Positions 26,597-35,677 of a DNA stretch of 45,891 nt are shown here, piece by piece; the stretch's first letter is position 1, and each line of letters starts with the position of its first letter. The DNA comes from an uncultured Candidatus Saccharibacteria bacterium. GTDB taxonomy: Bacteria > Patescibacteriota > Minisyncoccia > Phycocordibacterales > JABMNX01. The stretch spans positions 1 through 45,891 of the forward strand of contig CAZVBS010000001.1 in NCBI GenBank assembly GCA_964625905.1. The letters are read 5' to 3'. The position numbers and the translations under genes are program-made. Under the pieces are notes generated by a model that was given only the letters and a program-made list of their open reading frames with translations, had not been told where the DNA came from and searched no databases.

Positions 26597-27181
26597 TTAT
26601 CCGATTTCACTAAACCTCTTTTCAACAACGCTCCAATTTAAGTTTGAAAGAAAGGCGTCGATGTATTTTCCTTTATCTGCTGGTACGTAGTCCACCATAA
26701 ATGCGTGTTCCCACATATCCTTAGCAATAAGTATAGAAAGTCCTGAAAGTGTGCCAACTTCATGGTCTCCAATCCATGCTACATGGGGAGTCTTTACTTT
26801 GTTGTCCCAATACAAAACAGTCCACCCTATACCGCGACTCATTCCAACAGCTTTGAAGTGTGAAATAAAATCCTCTAAACTTCCATATTTTACACTGAGA
26901 GCATTTTTCAAATCTTCGTCTTGGATTTCCTTGGCACCGTCTTCTAGTCCTTCAAAGTAGTATTCATGCATACGCATGCCGTCAAACTCGAAACTAAATC
27001 GTCGACGTAGCTCTGCAATGATGTACGCGTTTTTTTCTTTGTCAGCTTCGAGTTCATGAATCTTCTCACGTACAAGATTTACATGTTTTACATACCCAGA
27101 GTAGAGTCCAAGATGTACCTCGATTTGTTTTTCCGAAATGCCATGTAATTTTGGAAGGTTGAAAGTTTGTTCTTTATACAT
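26597..27181 (-). CDS. Fe/Mn-family superoxide dismutase
   Basis: HLGLYSGYV, WTVLYWD, DMWEHAF: the characteristic C-terminal D-x-W-E-H motif. Confidence 0.88.
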   Translation of the reverse strand: MYKEQTFNLPKLHGISEKQIEVHLGLYSGYVKHVNLVREKIHELEADKEKNAYIIAELRRRFSFEFDGMRMHEYYFEGLEDGAKEIQDEDLKNALSVKYGSLEDFISHFKAVGMSRGIGWTVLYWDNKVKTPHVAWIGDHEVGTLSGLSILIAKDMWEHAFMVDYVPADKGKYIDAFLSNLNWSVVEKRFSEIG

Positions 27182-27206
27182 AACGTGTTTTATTAATTGT
27201 TTCTTT

Positions 27207-27259
27207 AAGTATACCTCTCACTAACTTCCTGTAAAAGAAAGTTAGTGAGAGGTATACTT
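27207..27259. promoter_or_regulatory. Perfect 21-bp inverted repeat in the divergent sod/MBL control region
   Basis: AAGTATACCTCTCACTAACTT-(11 nt)-AAGTTAGTGAGAGGTATACTT, ending 5 nt before the ATG at 27265. Confidence 0.5.
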
Positions 27260-27264
27260 CTAAC

Positions 27265-28122
27265 ATGAAATTTTTTCGTGCATTCACTGGACCGATTATT
27301 GTCGGTCTTTTTGTTTTTATAAATATCTTTATTTGGTCTACTGTCTTTGCTCGTGAGCAAGGGGGAATGCTTACGGTTGCGTTCCTTGATGTTGGACAAG
27401 GTGATGCGATTTTCATTGAAGCTCCAAATGGCAATCAGATACTTATAGACGGAGGCTCTAACTCCGCTGTAATAAGAGAGCTTGGAAAGGTTATGTCATT
27501 TTTTGATCGTTCTATAGATGTAGTTGTTGCAACTCATCCTGATAAAGACCACATAGCAGGACTTATTGATGTATTTAAGCGCTTTGATATTGATATATAT
27601 TTTGACCCACAAGTTAATCACAACACAGGAGAATATAAAACTTTACTCGACATGGTTGAAAAAGAAGGAATAGCCACAACGATCGCGCGTCGTGGCACGA
27701 AGATTGTGTTGGGTGATGGAGTGTACGCAGAGATATTATTCCCTGACAGAGATGTGAGCAATGTAGAGAGTAACCTTACTTCGATCGTTCTAAGAGTGGT
27801 GTACGGAGAAACAGAAGTGATGCTTACAGGAGACTCACCAAAGAGTATTGAGAAGTATTTGGTATCTATTGATGGAAGTAATCTTGAGAGCGATTTATTA
27901 AAAGCAGGTCACCATGGTTCAAAGACATCAAGTGCGGAGAGTTTTGTTGGTTTTGTAAATCCAAAGTTCGTGATTATTTCAGCGGGTAAAGACAATCGGT
28001 ACGGTCACCCACACAAAGAAGTGATGGATATTTTTAAACGTCTTAGGATTAAAACAATAAGCACAGCTGAGATAGGGACTATTATTTTTACATCAGATGG
28101 AGAAAAAATTATTCTAGAATAG
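27265..28122 (+). CDS. Metallo-beta-lactamase domain protein corresponding to the ComEC C-terminal nuclease domain
   Basis: N-terminal TM, FLDVGQGDAIFIE, ATHPDKDHIAGL, AGHHGSKTSS, RYGHPH: the ComEC-type MBL pattern. Confidence 0.8.
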   Translation: MKFFRAFTGPIIVGLFVFINIFIWSTVFAREQGGMLTVAFLDVGQGDAIFIEAPNGNQILIDGGSNSAVIRELGKVMSFFDRSIDVVVATHPDKDHIAGLIDVFKRFDIDIYFDPQVNHNTGEYKTLLDMVEKEGIATTIARRGTKIVLGDGVYAEILFPDRDVSNVESNLTSIVLRVVYGETEVMLTGDSPKSIEKYLVSIDGSNLESDLLKAGHHGSKTSSAESFVGFVNPKFVIISAGKDNRYGHPHKEVMDIFKRLRIKTISTAEIGTIIFTSDGEKIILE

Positions 28123-28173
28123 GTTTCCTAAAACTTTTTAATTTAGATGAGTTACGAAGTAAACAAAGAAAAA

Positions 28174-28207
28174 ATCCCGAGATGTACTTAGTGGTACATC
28201 TCGGGAT
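28174..28207. terminator. Bidirectional terminator (MBL gene / rpmB)
   Basis: ATCCCGAGATGTAC-TTAGTG-GTACATCTCGGGAT flanked by A5 and T8. Confidence 0.8.
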
Positions 28208-28250
28208 TTTTTTTGAAGTTTAGTAAAGTGAATCGCTAAATTTAGAAGTT

Positions 28251-28493
28251 TTAAATGAGGCCTGCTTTTTTTAGGGTTTTATACGCCCCATTCTTATTGA
28301 TTGTTCGAATTGCTTTTGTTGAAAGAGTTAGAATCATTTTCTTGCCAAGTTCTGGGATGAAGATTGTCTTTTTCTGTAGGTTTGCATAACGTCGTTTCTT
28401 ACCTGTTGGGTTAAATTGGGTAGCACGAGTACGGTTGCTATATCCGCCAGCAACCTTCGAGCTTTTATTCGTGATAGGACATACTTTTGCCAT
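28251..28493 (-). CDS. rpmB: 50S ribosomal protein L28
   Basis: MAKVCPITNKSSKVAGGYSNRTRATQFNP... Start set at the internal Met. Confidence 0.9.
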   Translation of the reverse strand: MAKVCPITNKSSKVAGGYSNRTRATQFNPTGKKRRYANLQKKTIFIPELGKKMILTLSTKAIRTINKNGAYKTLKKAGLI

Positions 28494-28604
28494 ATTTATT
28501 TGAGTCGTTGCTATGGTATCATTACTGAACTGTCTATGCAAACGCATTTTAGATCCTTCTTTTTAACTTATTACTTTTATACTTTCAACTTATAACATAA
28601 TCTT

Positions 28605-29252
28605 ATGTCAGTGGAAATCCTTTTTGTTATTTTAATACTTATAATGTCTGTAGTTATTCATGAGGTAGCTCATGGATATGCTGCTAACATACTTGGGGAC
28701 CCAACTGCACGTTTAGCAGGACGTCTGACACTTAATCCACTAAAACATATTGATCTTATGGGTTCAGTTATAATTCCAAGTCTACTTGTTATAACAAGCT
28801 CGCCATTTCTTTTTGGGTACGCTAAACCCGTTCCATACAATCCATACAATTTACGAAAATACGCCATAGGTCAGAAGTGGGGAGAGGCTATTGTCTCTGT
28901 GGCTGGTCCAGGAATTAATATTTTTATTGCTCTTATTTTCGGATTGTTTATTCGATTTGGCTCATCTCTTAGTTTTGTAAACTCTGCATTTATTGAAATA
29001 AGTTCAATAGTTGTATTTATCAATATCCTTTTGGCTGTTATTAACATGATTCCAATTCCACCACTTGATGGCTCAAAGGTTTTAGGTGCAGTACTTCCAT
29101 TTCCATTATCACAGTCATACGATCGTATTCGTACAATACTCGAACATAATATTTTCTTAGCGTTTGGACTCATTATCTTCTTTATATATATCTTTGGTGG
29201 AGTATTTGCCAAGTTTATATACTTCCTATCCTCATTAATTATCGGGTTTTAA
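28605..29252 (+). CDS. Site-2 protease family (peptidase M50) membrane metalloprotease
   Basis: HEVAHG zinc motif inside a TM helix and a downstream NMIPIPPLDG motif. Confidence 0.85.
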   Translation: MSVEILFVILILIMSVVIHEVAHGYAANILGDPTARLAGRLTLNPLKHIDLMGSVIIPSLLVITSSPFLFGYAKPVPYNPYNLRKYAIGQKWGEAIVSVAGPGINIFIALIFGLFIRFGSSLSFVNSAFIEISSIVVFINILLAVINMIPIPPLDGSKVLGAVLPFPLSQSYDRIRTILEHNIFLAFGLIIFFIYIFGGVFAKFIYFLSSLIIGF

Positions 29253-29344
29253 ATATAAGTTTTAATCAACAACACTCGAGTTAATTAATTGAGTGTGCTT
29301 AATTTACCAGCAGGAGTTATTTAATTGATTATGGGAGAGACTTA

Positions 29345-29527
29345 ATGTATAAACAATTTGAGAACGAAACGCAAAAAAATACTTATAAACCCCCAGTAAA
29401 TTTGGATGAATATGATGAAAAAGAAAGTGGAAAGGAAGGATATATTAGTTTCATGAAAGTCGTAGGTTTTACTGCTTTATGTATAGTGGTTCTGCTTGCT
29501 GTTGCTGTGTATTCATTTGTTCGTTAA
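29345..29527 (+). CDS. Hypothetical 60-aa tail-anchored membrane protein
   Basis: GGGAGAG 5 nt upstream of the ATG, C-terminal TM VVGFTALCIVVLLAVAVYSFV, terminator downstream. Confidence 0.4.
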   Translation: MYKQFENETQKNTYKPPVNLDEYDEKESGKEGYISFMKVVGFTALCIVVLLAVAVYSFVR

Positions 29528-29569
29528 GTTTGCTATATAAGACTCACGTATATAATTTTTTTCTGCAGA

Positions 29570-29607
29570 AAAGCCCATCTCATATGAGATGGGCTTTAGT
29601 TTTTTTG
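29570..29607 (+). terminator. Rho-independent terminator
   Basis: AAAGCCCATCTCAT/ATGAGATGGGCTTT palindrome followed by a T-run. Confidence 0.75.
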
Positions 29608-29761
29608 GTGTAACATGTGCTGGCAGTATGTAATTATTATTTTTTTATGTAAAGCCTTATAAGGTATTACGACGGAGGGTATCATAAGATTTCTCCACGT
29701 TTTGTGCCACATTATTATATTTTATATAGATTAAATATATTTTGTGATATAAAAGCAAGTC

Positions 29762-29815
29762 TTGCATTTTCATGTACATATAGTAGAGTAATGGCACTGC
29801 ATGGGCAGTTTTTTT
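29762..29815 (+). promoter_or_regulatory. Sigma70-like promoter of rpsL plus 5'-proximal hairpin and U-tract
   Basis: TTGCAT-16-TAGAGT, then ACTGC-ATGG-GCAGT plus T6 (29796-29815). Confidence 0.45.
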
Positions 29816-29834
29816 AATAAAGTATAGAAAATAG

Positions 29835-30242
29835 ATGTCAACAATTAATCAATTAGTTAGAAAAGCAAGGAAACGACCAACTACCAAATCAAAAGCGGTG
29901 GCTCTTACTCGTGGTTTTAATACATTAAAGAACAGGCCTACTAAGTACCCTTCACCATTCAAGAGAGGAGTATGTACTAAAGTAACAACAAAAACACCTA
30001 GAAAGCCAAACTCAGCTATTCGAAAGATTGCAAGAGTTCGACTTACAAACGGTATTGAAGTAACAGCATACATTCCAGGAATAGGACATAATCTTCAAGA
30101 GCATGCAGTTGTACTACTACGTGGAGGACGAGTAAAAGATATTAACGTACGTTACACTATTGTTCGAGGTAAGCTTGATGCTGAAGGAGTACAAGGGCGA
30201 AAGAGAAGCCGAAGCCGTTACGGTACTAAACTAGAAAAATAA
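29835..30242 (+). CDS. rpsL: 30S ribosomal protein S12
   Basis: STINQLVRK..., PNSAIRK, GGRVKD. Confidence 0.97.
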   Translation: MSTINQLVRKARKRPTTKSKAVALTRGFNTLKNRPTKYPSPFKRGVCTKVTTKTPRKPNSAIRKIARVRLTNGIEVTAYIPGIGHNLQEHAVVLLRGGRVKDINVRYTIVRGKLDAEGVQGRKRSRSRYGTKLEK

Positions 30243-30245
30243 AAT

Positions 30246-30707
30246 ATGCGAAGACCACTTAAAAAGAAAAGAGAATTACAACCAGATCGTGTATACGATT
30301 CTGTTAATGTGTCTAAATTTATAAACTACGTTATGGAACGTGGTAAGAAAAATACAGCACGAAAGGTTGTATATAATACATTTTTAGAGTTAAAGAAAAG
30401 TGGAGACCCTGTTGAAATATTTGAAACAGCACTGCGTAATGTAGAACCTTCAATGGAGGTACGATCAAGGAGAGTTGGTGGAGCAAATTATCAAGTTCCT
30501 CGAGAAGTGCGAGCAGAAAGACGCCTATCACTTTCAATGCGTTGGATACTTGCAGCAGCTAAAGCTAAAAAAGGTACACCTATGCACAAACGTCTTGCAG
30601 AAGAGCTATTACTTGCGAGTAATAAAGAAGGAGATGCAGTGAAGCGTAGGATGAATACTCATAAGATGGCTGAGGCCAACAAGGCTTTTGCTCACTTTGC
30701 TTGGTAA
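30246..30707 (+). CDS. rpsG: 30S ribosomal protein S7
   Basis: Conserved S7 sequence ([37 protein letters not shown]). Confidence 0.97.
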   Translation: MRRPLKKKRELQPDRVYDSVNVSKFINYVMERGKKNTARKVVYNTFLELKKSGDPVEIFETALRNVEPSMEVRSRRVGGANYQVPREVRAERRLSLSMRWILAAAKAKKGTPMHKRLAEELLLASNKEGDAVKRRMNTHKMAEANKAFAHFAW

Positions 30708-30715
30708 AAAATTCC

Positions 30716-30819
30716 CAGAATTAAAGCACTACTTCGTTACTGCGAAAAAATGTCACTCGTCGTATGTTCATACGCCTCGTGACATTTTTTTCTTGTGCCT
30801 CGCACTGCAGTTAATTCTG
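30716..30819 (+). repeat. E2 nested-hairpin element
   Basis: Outer stem CAGAATTAA/TTAATTCTG, inner 12-bp stem AAAAAATGTCAC/GTGACATTTTTT, apex CGTATG/CATACG, loop strands AGCACTACTTCGTTACTGCG and TCTTGTGCCTCGCACTGCAG. Starts 8 nt after the rpsG stop. Confidence 0.6.
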
Positions 30820-31033
30820 AAAATTTTTATTTTTTCTATACGTCTCGCATTACATCTGAAATCTTTTAAAAATATTCGCAATACTAAAATGTATATCTCA
30901 CGACTTTTTTGTTTCTAGTCTGGTACTCCATTTCAGAATAAGAGTTCTTGGGAAGCTTTCTTTTTGTATAAAAAAGTGATATTAAGAGTGGTAGATAGAG
31001 TGTCCTTATTTCAATATGTAAGGGAGACTGCGT

Positions 31034-31702
31034 ATGAATAGCTTTCAAAAGTTATTGGTGTCGGTAATTGTTGCCGTAATCTTGAGTTCCTGTGCCCAGC
31101 GAGGCAGTGGATCAACATCTGGAGGACCGTCTGCTCTTATTAATGATGAAGTTGTTGTTTATGAAAGTTGTATGGGTGAAATACTTAACGCACGCGATAA
31201 AGAGCTTGAAGTTCCACACACGATAGCTTTCGTCAAAGATCTTGTAGGCGAAATGTTCTCGTGTGAAAATTTTCGCGGAGCTCCAGTTAAGTTTTTCGGA
31301 AAGAAAGTGCGTATTCAAGGTCGTTCAATTCATGCTGGTTACGGATATGCTCTAGCAGATCGAAAACAAGTCATTAGTGAGCTCCTTTCAAAAGAAAATT
31401 TTAAGGGGTATTACTACGATCCGCGTGGACGATTTAAGGTATCGATCAATCGAAGGCTTGATTATGTTCGCGCATATGATCGCACCGTGCCCACGTACAT
31501 AATTGTTGCGAATGTGAAATACATTGGAAAGCGTACAATTGGCGCACTTTCTGTGATTGATTTTTCACAGGAAGGTCGGGATTACACCGCGTTTCTGTGG
31601 ATCCATGGACTTGGGCTTACTCAAGAGAAAATTGTGTCGCGTTTTGAAAAGCTGCTCCGCTTTATTGCATCACCTTCTCAATTTAAGGTGGTACTGAAAT
31701 AA
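31034..31702 (+). CDS. Hypothetical lipoprotein (222 aa) inserted between rpsG and fusA
   Basis: Lipobox VILSSC after a hydrophobic h-region, GGGAG RBS 7 nt upstream, own terminator. No family recognised. Confidence 0.6.
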   Translation: MNSFQKLLVSVIVAVILSSCAQRGSGSTSGGPSALINDEVVVYESCMGEILNARDKELEVPHTIAFVKDLVGEMFSCENFRGAPVKFFGKKVRIQGRSIHAGYGYALADRKQVISELLSKENFKGYYYDPRGRFKVSINRRLDYVRAYDRTVPTYIIVANVKYIGKRTIGALSVIDFSQEGRDYTAFLWIHGLGLTQEKIVSRFEKLLRFIASPSQFKVVLK

Positions 31703-31707
31703 TAGGG

Positions 31708-31733
31708 CTCCTCCGTGTACGTACACGGAGGAG
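31708..31733 (+). terminator. Hairpin terminator of the lipoprotein gene
   Basis: Perfect palindrome CTCCTCCGTGTAC/GTACACGGAGGAG followed by TTTGTT. Confidence 0.65.
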
Positions 31734-31737
31734 TTTG

Positions 31738-31797
31738 TTGCATTTAAGGTGTTTGTACGGTATTCTACTTGCAACTGTGGCGCTTCCGCCATTTTTT
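31738..31797 (+). promoter_or_regulatory. Promoter of fusA plus 5'-proximal hairpin and U-tract
   Basis: TTGCAT-17-TATTCT, then TGGCG-CTTC-CGCCA plus T6 (31778-31797). Confidence 0.5.
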
Positions 31798-31832
31798 AGT
31801 TTAAATAAAAATAATCACACATATAAAATAGT

Positions 31833-33977
31833 ATGGAACGAGAATATCCCCTAGAAAGAGTACGTAACTTTGGAATTATAGCCCACATTGATGCAGGTAA
31901 GACCACTGTGTCTGAGCGTATTCTTTTTTATACAGGAGAAAGTCATAAGATAGGTGAGGTGCACGATGGAGAGACAGTAACCGACTGGATGGAGCAAGAG
32001 CGAGAGCGAGGTATCACTATTACCGCTGCCGCTATTTCTTGCTTGTGGAACAAGACAGACGAAGACACTGATGATAATTCTAAAAAATACAGTTTTAACA
32101 TTATAGATACTCCAGGACACATCGACTTTACTGTAGAAGTAAAACGCTCAATGAGCGTACTCGACGGAGCTATTGTTGTATTCGACGGTGTTTCAGGAGT
32201 AGAACCTCAGTCAGAAACTAACTGGCGATATGCAGACGAAGCCGGAGTGCCACGAATATGTTTCATTAACAAGCTTGACCGAACAGGAGCGAGTTTTGAG
32301 CGTTCATACGCAAGTATTCTCGATAGACTTTCACCAAATGCAGTACGACTTCAGATTCCAATAGGCGAGGAGACAGACCATAAAGGAGTAATAGACCTGC
32401 TTGCCATGAAAGGATATACATTTGACGGAGTAATGGGAAAGGATGTCATAAAAGGAGAGGTTCCAGAAAACCTTAAAGCAGATGCAGAGAAATATCGAGC
32501 AGAGCTTATAGAAAAAATAGTTGAACATGATGATGATCTTATGAATCTATACCTTGAAGGTAAAGAGATACCATATGAAGATTTAAAAAGAGTTCTGAGA
32601 GTAGCAATTCTTAAGAACGCTATCTTTCCAGTATATGCTGGTTCAGCACTAAAGAACAAAGGAGTTCAGTTGGTGCTCGACGGCGTTGTTGATTACTTAC
32701 CGTCACCAATGGACCTTCCGCCAGTAAAAGGAACAGACCCAAAAACAGGAGAAGAAATATTACGAAAGCCTTCAGATGATGAACCGTTTGCAGCGCTAGC
32801 ATTCAAGCTACAAACAGATCCATTTGTTGGTCAGCTTACATTCTTCCGTGTGTATTCAGGTACAGCAGAAGCTGGTTCATACATTTACAATGCATCAACG
32901 AAGAGTAAAGAACGACTCGGGCGAATTGTTCGCTTACAGGCTGATAAACGAGAAGAAATAAAGAAAGTATTTGCAGGAGAGATTGCAGCTGCAGTTGGAC
33001 TTAAAGATACAAAGACATCACACACACTTTGTGACGTAGATAATCCAATTATTCTTGAAGAAATTACATTCCCAGAGCCAGTTATATCTCTGCGTATTGA
33101 ACCTAAGACAAAAGCAGACCAAGAGAAGATGGGAATCGCACTCAATAAACTTTCTGACGAGGATCCAACATTTAAAGTGAGTTCAGATTCTGAAACCATG
33201 GAGACAGTAATATCAGGAATGGGAGAGCTTCACCTTGAGATTCTTGTTGACCGTATGAAGAGAGAGTTTAATGTAGAGGCAGATGTAGGAACACCACAAG
33301 TGTCTTACAAAGAAACTATTCAAGGTACATCAGAGGCTGAAATAAAATATATCAAACAGTCAGGTGGACGTGGTCAATATGGTCATGTGAAGATTAGGAT
33401 AAAGCCATTAGAAGAAATTGAAGAAGGTGCAAAGATTGCAAAGAACATTAAAAGAGATGATCATTTCGAATTTGTAAACTCAATTAAAGGAGGTGTTATT
33501 CCACAAGAGTATATTCCTGCTGTTGAAAAAGGAATTAAGGAAGCTATGGACAGAGGTATTCTTGCTGGATACAAAGCAGTTGATATTTCAGTAGAGCTTT
33601 ATGATGGTTCATATCACGATGTTGACTCATCAGAAATCGCATTCAAGATTGCTGGTTCTCAAGCATTTAAAGATGCAGCAAACAGAGCAAAGCCAGTGCT
33701 TCTAGAGCCAATTATGAAAGTAGAAGTAGTAACTCCTGAGAAATTCATGGGAGACATCAACGGAAACTTAAGCTCAAAGCGTGGGCAAGTTGAAAGTATG
33801 GAGGACAGAGGTGGCAACAAAGTGATTAACGCTAAAGTACCTCTTTCAGAAATGTTTGGATATACCACTACACTTCGATCAATGACAGAAGGACGAGCAA
33901 GCTCAACTATGGAGTTTGATCACTATGCAGTTGTTCCTCAAAATGTTGCAAAAGACATTATCGACGCTAGAAACTAG
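31833..33977 (+). CDS. fusA: Elongation factor G
   Basis: [18 protein letters not shown], full five-domain length. Confidence 0.97.
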   Translation: MEREYPLERVRNFGIIAHIDAGKTTVSERILFYTGESHKIGEVHDGETVTDWMEQERERGITITAAAISCLWNKTDEDTDDNSKKYSFNIIDTPGHIDFTVEVKRSMSVLDGAIVVFDGVSGVEPQSETNWRYADEAGVPRICFINKLDRTGASFERSYASILDRLSPNAVRLQIPIGEETDHKGVIDLLAMKGYTFDGVMGKDVIKGEVPENLKADAEKYRAELIEKIVEHDDDLMNLYLEGKEIPYEDLKRVLRVAILKNAIFPVYAGSALKNKGVQLVLDGVVDYLPSPMDLPPVKGTDPKTGEEILRKPSDDEPFAALAFKLQTDPFVGQLTFFRVYSGTAEAGSYIYNASTKSKERLGRIVRLQADKREEIKKVFAGEIAAAVGLKDTKTSHTLCDVDNPIILEEITFPEPVISLRIEPKTKADQEKMGIALNKLSDEDPTFKVSSDSETMETVISGMGELHLEILVDRMKREFNVEADVGTPQVSYKETIQGTSEAEIKYIKQSGGRGQYGHVKIRIKPLEEIEEGAKIAKNIKRDDHFEFVNSIKGGVIPQEYIPAVEKGIKEAMDRGILAGYKAVDISVELYDGSYHDVDSSEIAFKIAGSQAFKDAANRAKPVLLEPIMKVEVVTPEKFMGDINGNLSSKRGQVESMEDRGGNKVINAKVPLSEMFGYTTTLRSMTEGRASSTMEFDHYAVVPQNVAKDIIDARN

Positions 33978-34013
33978 AGTTTGTATCAATAAAATACACA
34001 CAAATATGAGAAT

Positions 34014-34111
34014 CATATTAACTCCTCGGCTCTGATATATAAAAGTAAAACTTTTATATATCACTCGCCCTACGTCACTAATAAACGCCAAGAGTACTCT
34101 TGGCGTTTATT
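34014..34111 (+). repeat. E6 structured element (homolog of E5)
   Basis: CATATTAACTCCTCGGCT, 13-bp hairpin GATATATAAAAGT/ACTTTTATATATC, CTCGCCCTACGTCACTAAT, hairpin AAACGCCAAGAGTACTCTTGGCGTTT. Confidence 0.6.
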
Positions 34112-34134
34112 AGTGTGTATTTGTGTCAAAATAC

Positions 34135-34190
34135 TTGACTTACGTATTCGTTTCTTGCTATTATAGCGTAATCGCATTGGGCGCTTTTTT
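34135..34190 (+). promoter_or_regulatory. Promoter of tuf with a weak hairpin/U-tract and a roughly 235-nt leader
   Basis: TTGACT-18-TATTAT, then AGCG..CGCT plus T6. Confidence 0.4.
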
Positions 34191-34401
34191 GTATGTGGGA
34201 TTCTTTTCTCTCGTATATTTAGATGTCTATGCTTAATTATCAATAAGTATTTTTAAGAAGTAAGTCACTTGTTCTCGTGCGTTTACTTTTCAAAGATACA
34301 CCCTTTATTAATCATTTTAGGACTTACTGAGTCGGATGCAGTTCTACGCAGTAGCAAAGAAATGTATCGATTAAGCAAGTTTTAATTAAATTAAAATTAT
34401 T

Positions 34402-35601
34402 ATGGCAGAAGAATTTGATCGTTCAAGACCACATATAAACGTAGGAACAATTGGTCACGTTGACCACGGAAAGACTACGCTTACAGCTGGTATCCTTCAC
34501 GTCCTTAACTTGATGGGAGGAGAATATGGTTCAAACGTTAAAGACGTTGACCAAATCGATAGCGCACCAGAAGAAAAAGAGCGAGGTATTACTATCGCAC
34601 TTTCTCACAATGAGTATTGGACACCAACACGTCACTACGCTCACATTGATGCTCCTGGTCACGCAGATTACATTAAAAACATGATTACTGGTGCCGCTCA
34701 AATGGATGGCGCAGTATTAGTTGTAGCAGCTTCAGATGGAGTTATGCCACAAACACAAGAGCATATATTGCTTGCAAAGCAGGTTGGAGTACCTAATATT
34801 ATCGTTTTCCTAAACAAAGTAGACCAAGTTGACGATAACGACTTGATCGACCTTGTTGAAGAAGAAGTTCGAGAACTTCTTACAAAATACGATTTTGATG
34901 GTGAAAATGCACCAATTATACGAGGTTCAGGGCTTAAAGCAATTGAGGCAACATCAGCTGATGATGAATGGGCACAGAAAATAACTGAGCTTATCAAAGC
35001 TATGGATGAATACTTCCCAATTCCAAAGCGTGAAACTGACAAGCCATTCCTTATGCCAATTGAAGACGTCTTCTCAATTGAAGGTCGTGGAACAGTAGTT
35101 ACAGGACGAATTGAAAGAGGTGTAGTTAAAGTTGGTGAAGAAATCGAAGTCGTTGGTATTAAAGATACAGTCAAGACAACAGTTACTGGTGTTGAGATGT
35201 TCAACAAACAACTTCAAGAAGGACAAGCTGGAGACAACGCAGGAATCCTTATTCGAGGAATCAAGAAAGAAGATATTCATCGAGGGCAAGTACTTGCTAA
35301 AGTAGGTTCAGTTACTCCTCATACAGAGTTTGAGGCTGAAGTATTTATTCTTAAGAAAGAAGAGGGTGGACGTCATACTCCATTCTTCACTGGATACAAG
35401 CCACAGTTCTACCTTGGAACAACAGATGTTACAGGAGATGTAACACTTGCAGAAGGAACAGAAATGGTTATGCCAGGAGATACAGTTACATTTAAAGTAA
35501 AGCTTGTAGGTCCTATCGCACTTGAAGAACAGCAACACTTTGCTATTCGAGAGGGAGGTAAGACTGTTGGAGCTGGAGTAGTTACAAAGATAGTCGCATA
35601 A
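34402..35601 (+). CDS. tuf: Elongation factor Tu
   Basis: [21 protein letters not shown]. Confidence 0.98.
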   Translation: MAEEFDRSRPHINVGTIGHVDHGKTTLTAGILHVLNLMGGEYGSNVKDVDQIDSAPEEKERGITIALSHNEYWTPTRHYAHIDAPGHADYIKNMITGAAQMDGAVLVVAASDGVMPQTQEHILLAKQVGVPNIIVFLNKVDQVDDNDLIDLVEEEVRELLTKYDFDGENAPIIRGSGLKAIEATSADDEWAQKITELIKAMDEYFPIPKRETDKPFLMPIEDVFSIEGRGTVVTGRIERGVVKVGEEIEVVGIKDTVKTTVTGVEMFNKQLQEGQAGDNAGILIRGIKKEDIHRGQVLAKVGSVTPHTEFEAEVFILKKEEGGRHTPFFTGYKPQFYLGTTDVTGDVTLAEGTEMVMPGDTVTFKVKLVGPIALEEQQHFAIREGGKTVGAGVVTKIVA

Positions 35602-35677
35602 TATTTGTACGATTGTATAAAGTACTCATATAAAGTAAACGTGTGTGGTACAGTGTACTCACAAGAAAAACAGAACC

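Noticed and set aside
26440-26628. 62-aa minus-strand ORF containing WWWW.
   Set aside because: It is the antisense of the GGGPPPPP-encoding segment of the plus-strand small gene and overlaps the sod terminator.
30688-30918. 76-aa ORF starting inside the rpsG 3' end.
   Set aside because: It runs straight through the palindromic E2 element and T-rich spacer, so its sequence reflects the repeat rather than a coding region.
35645-35677. GTG start at 35645 for rpsJ.
   Set aside because: The ATG at 35678 gives MTTKDTKK without the odd MVQCTHKKNRT prefix. This remains uncertain because neither start has an SD sequence.
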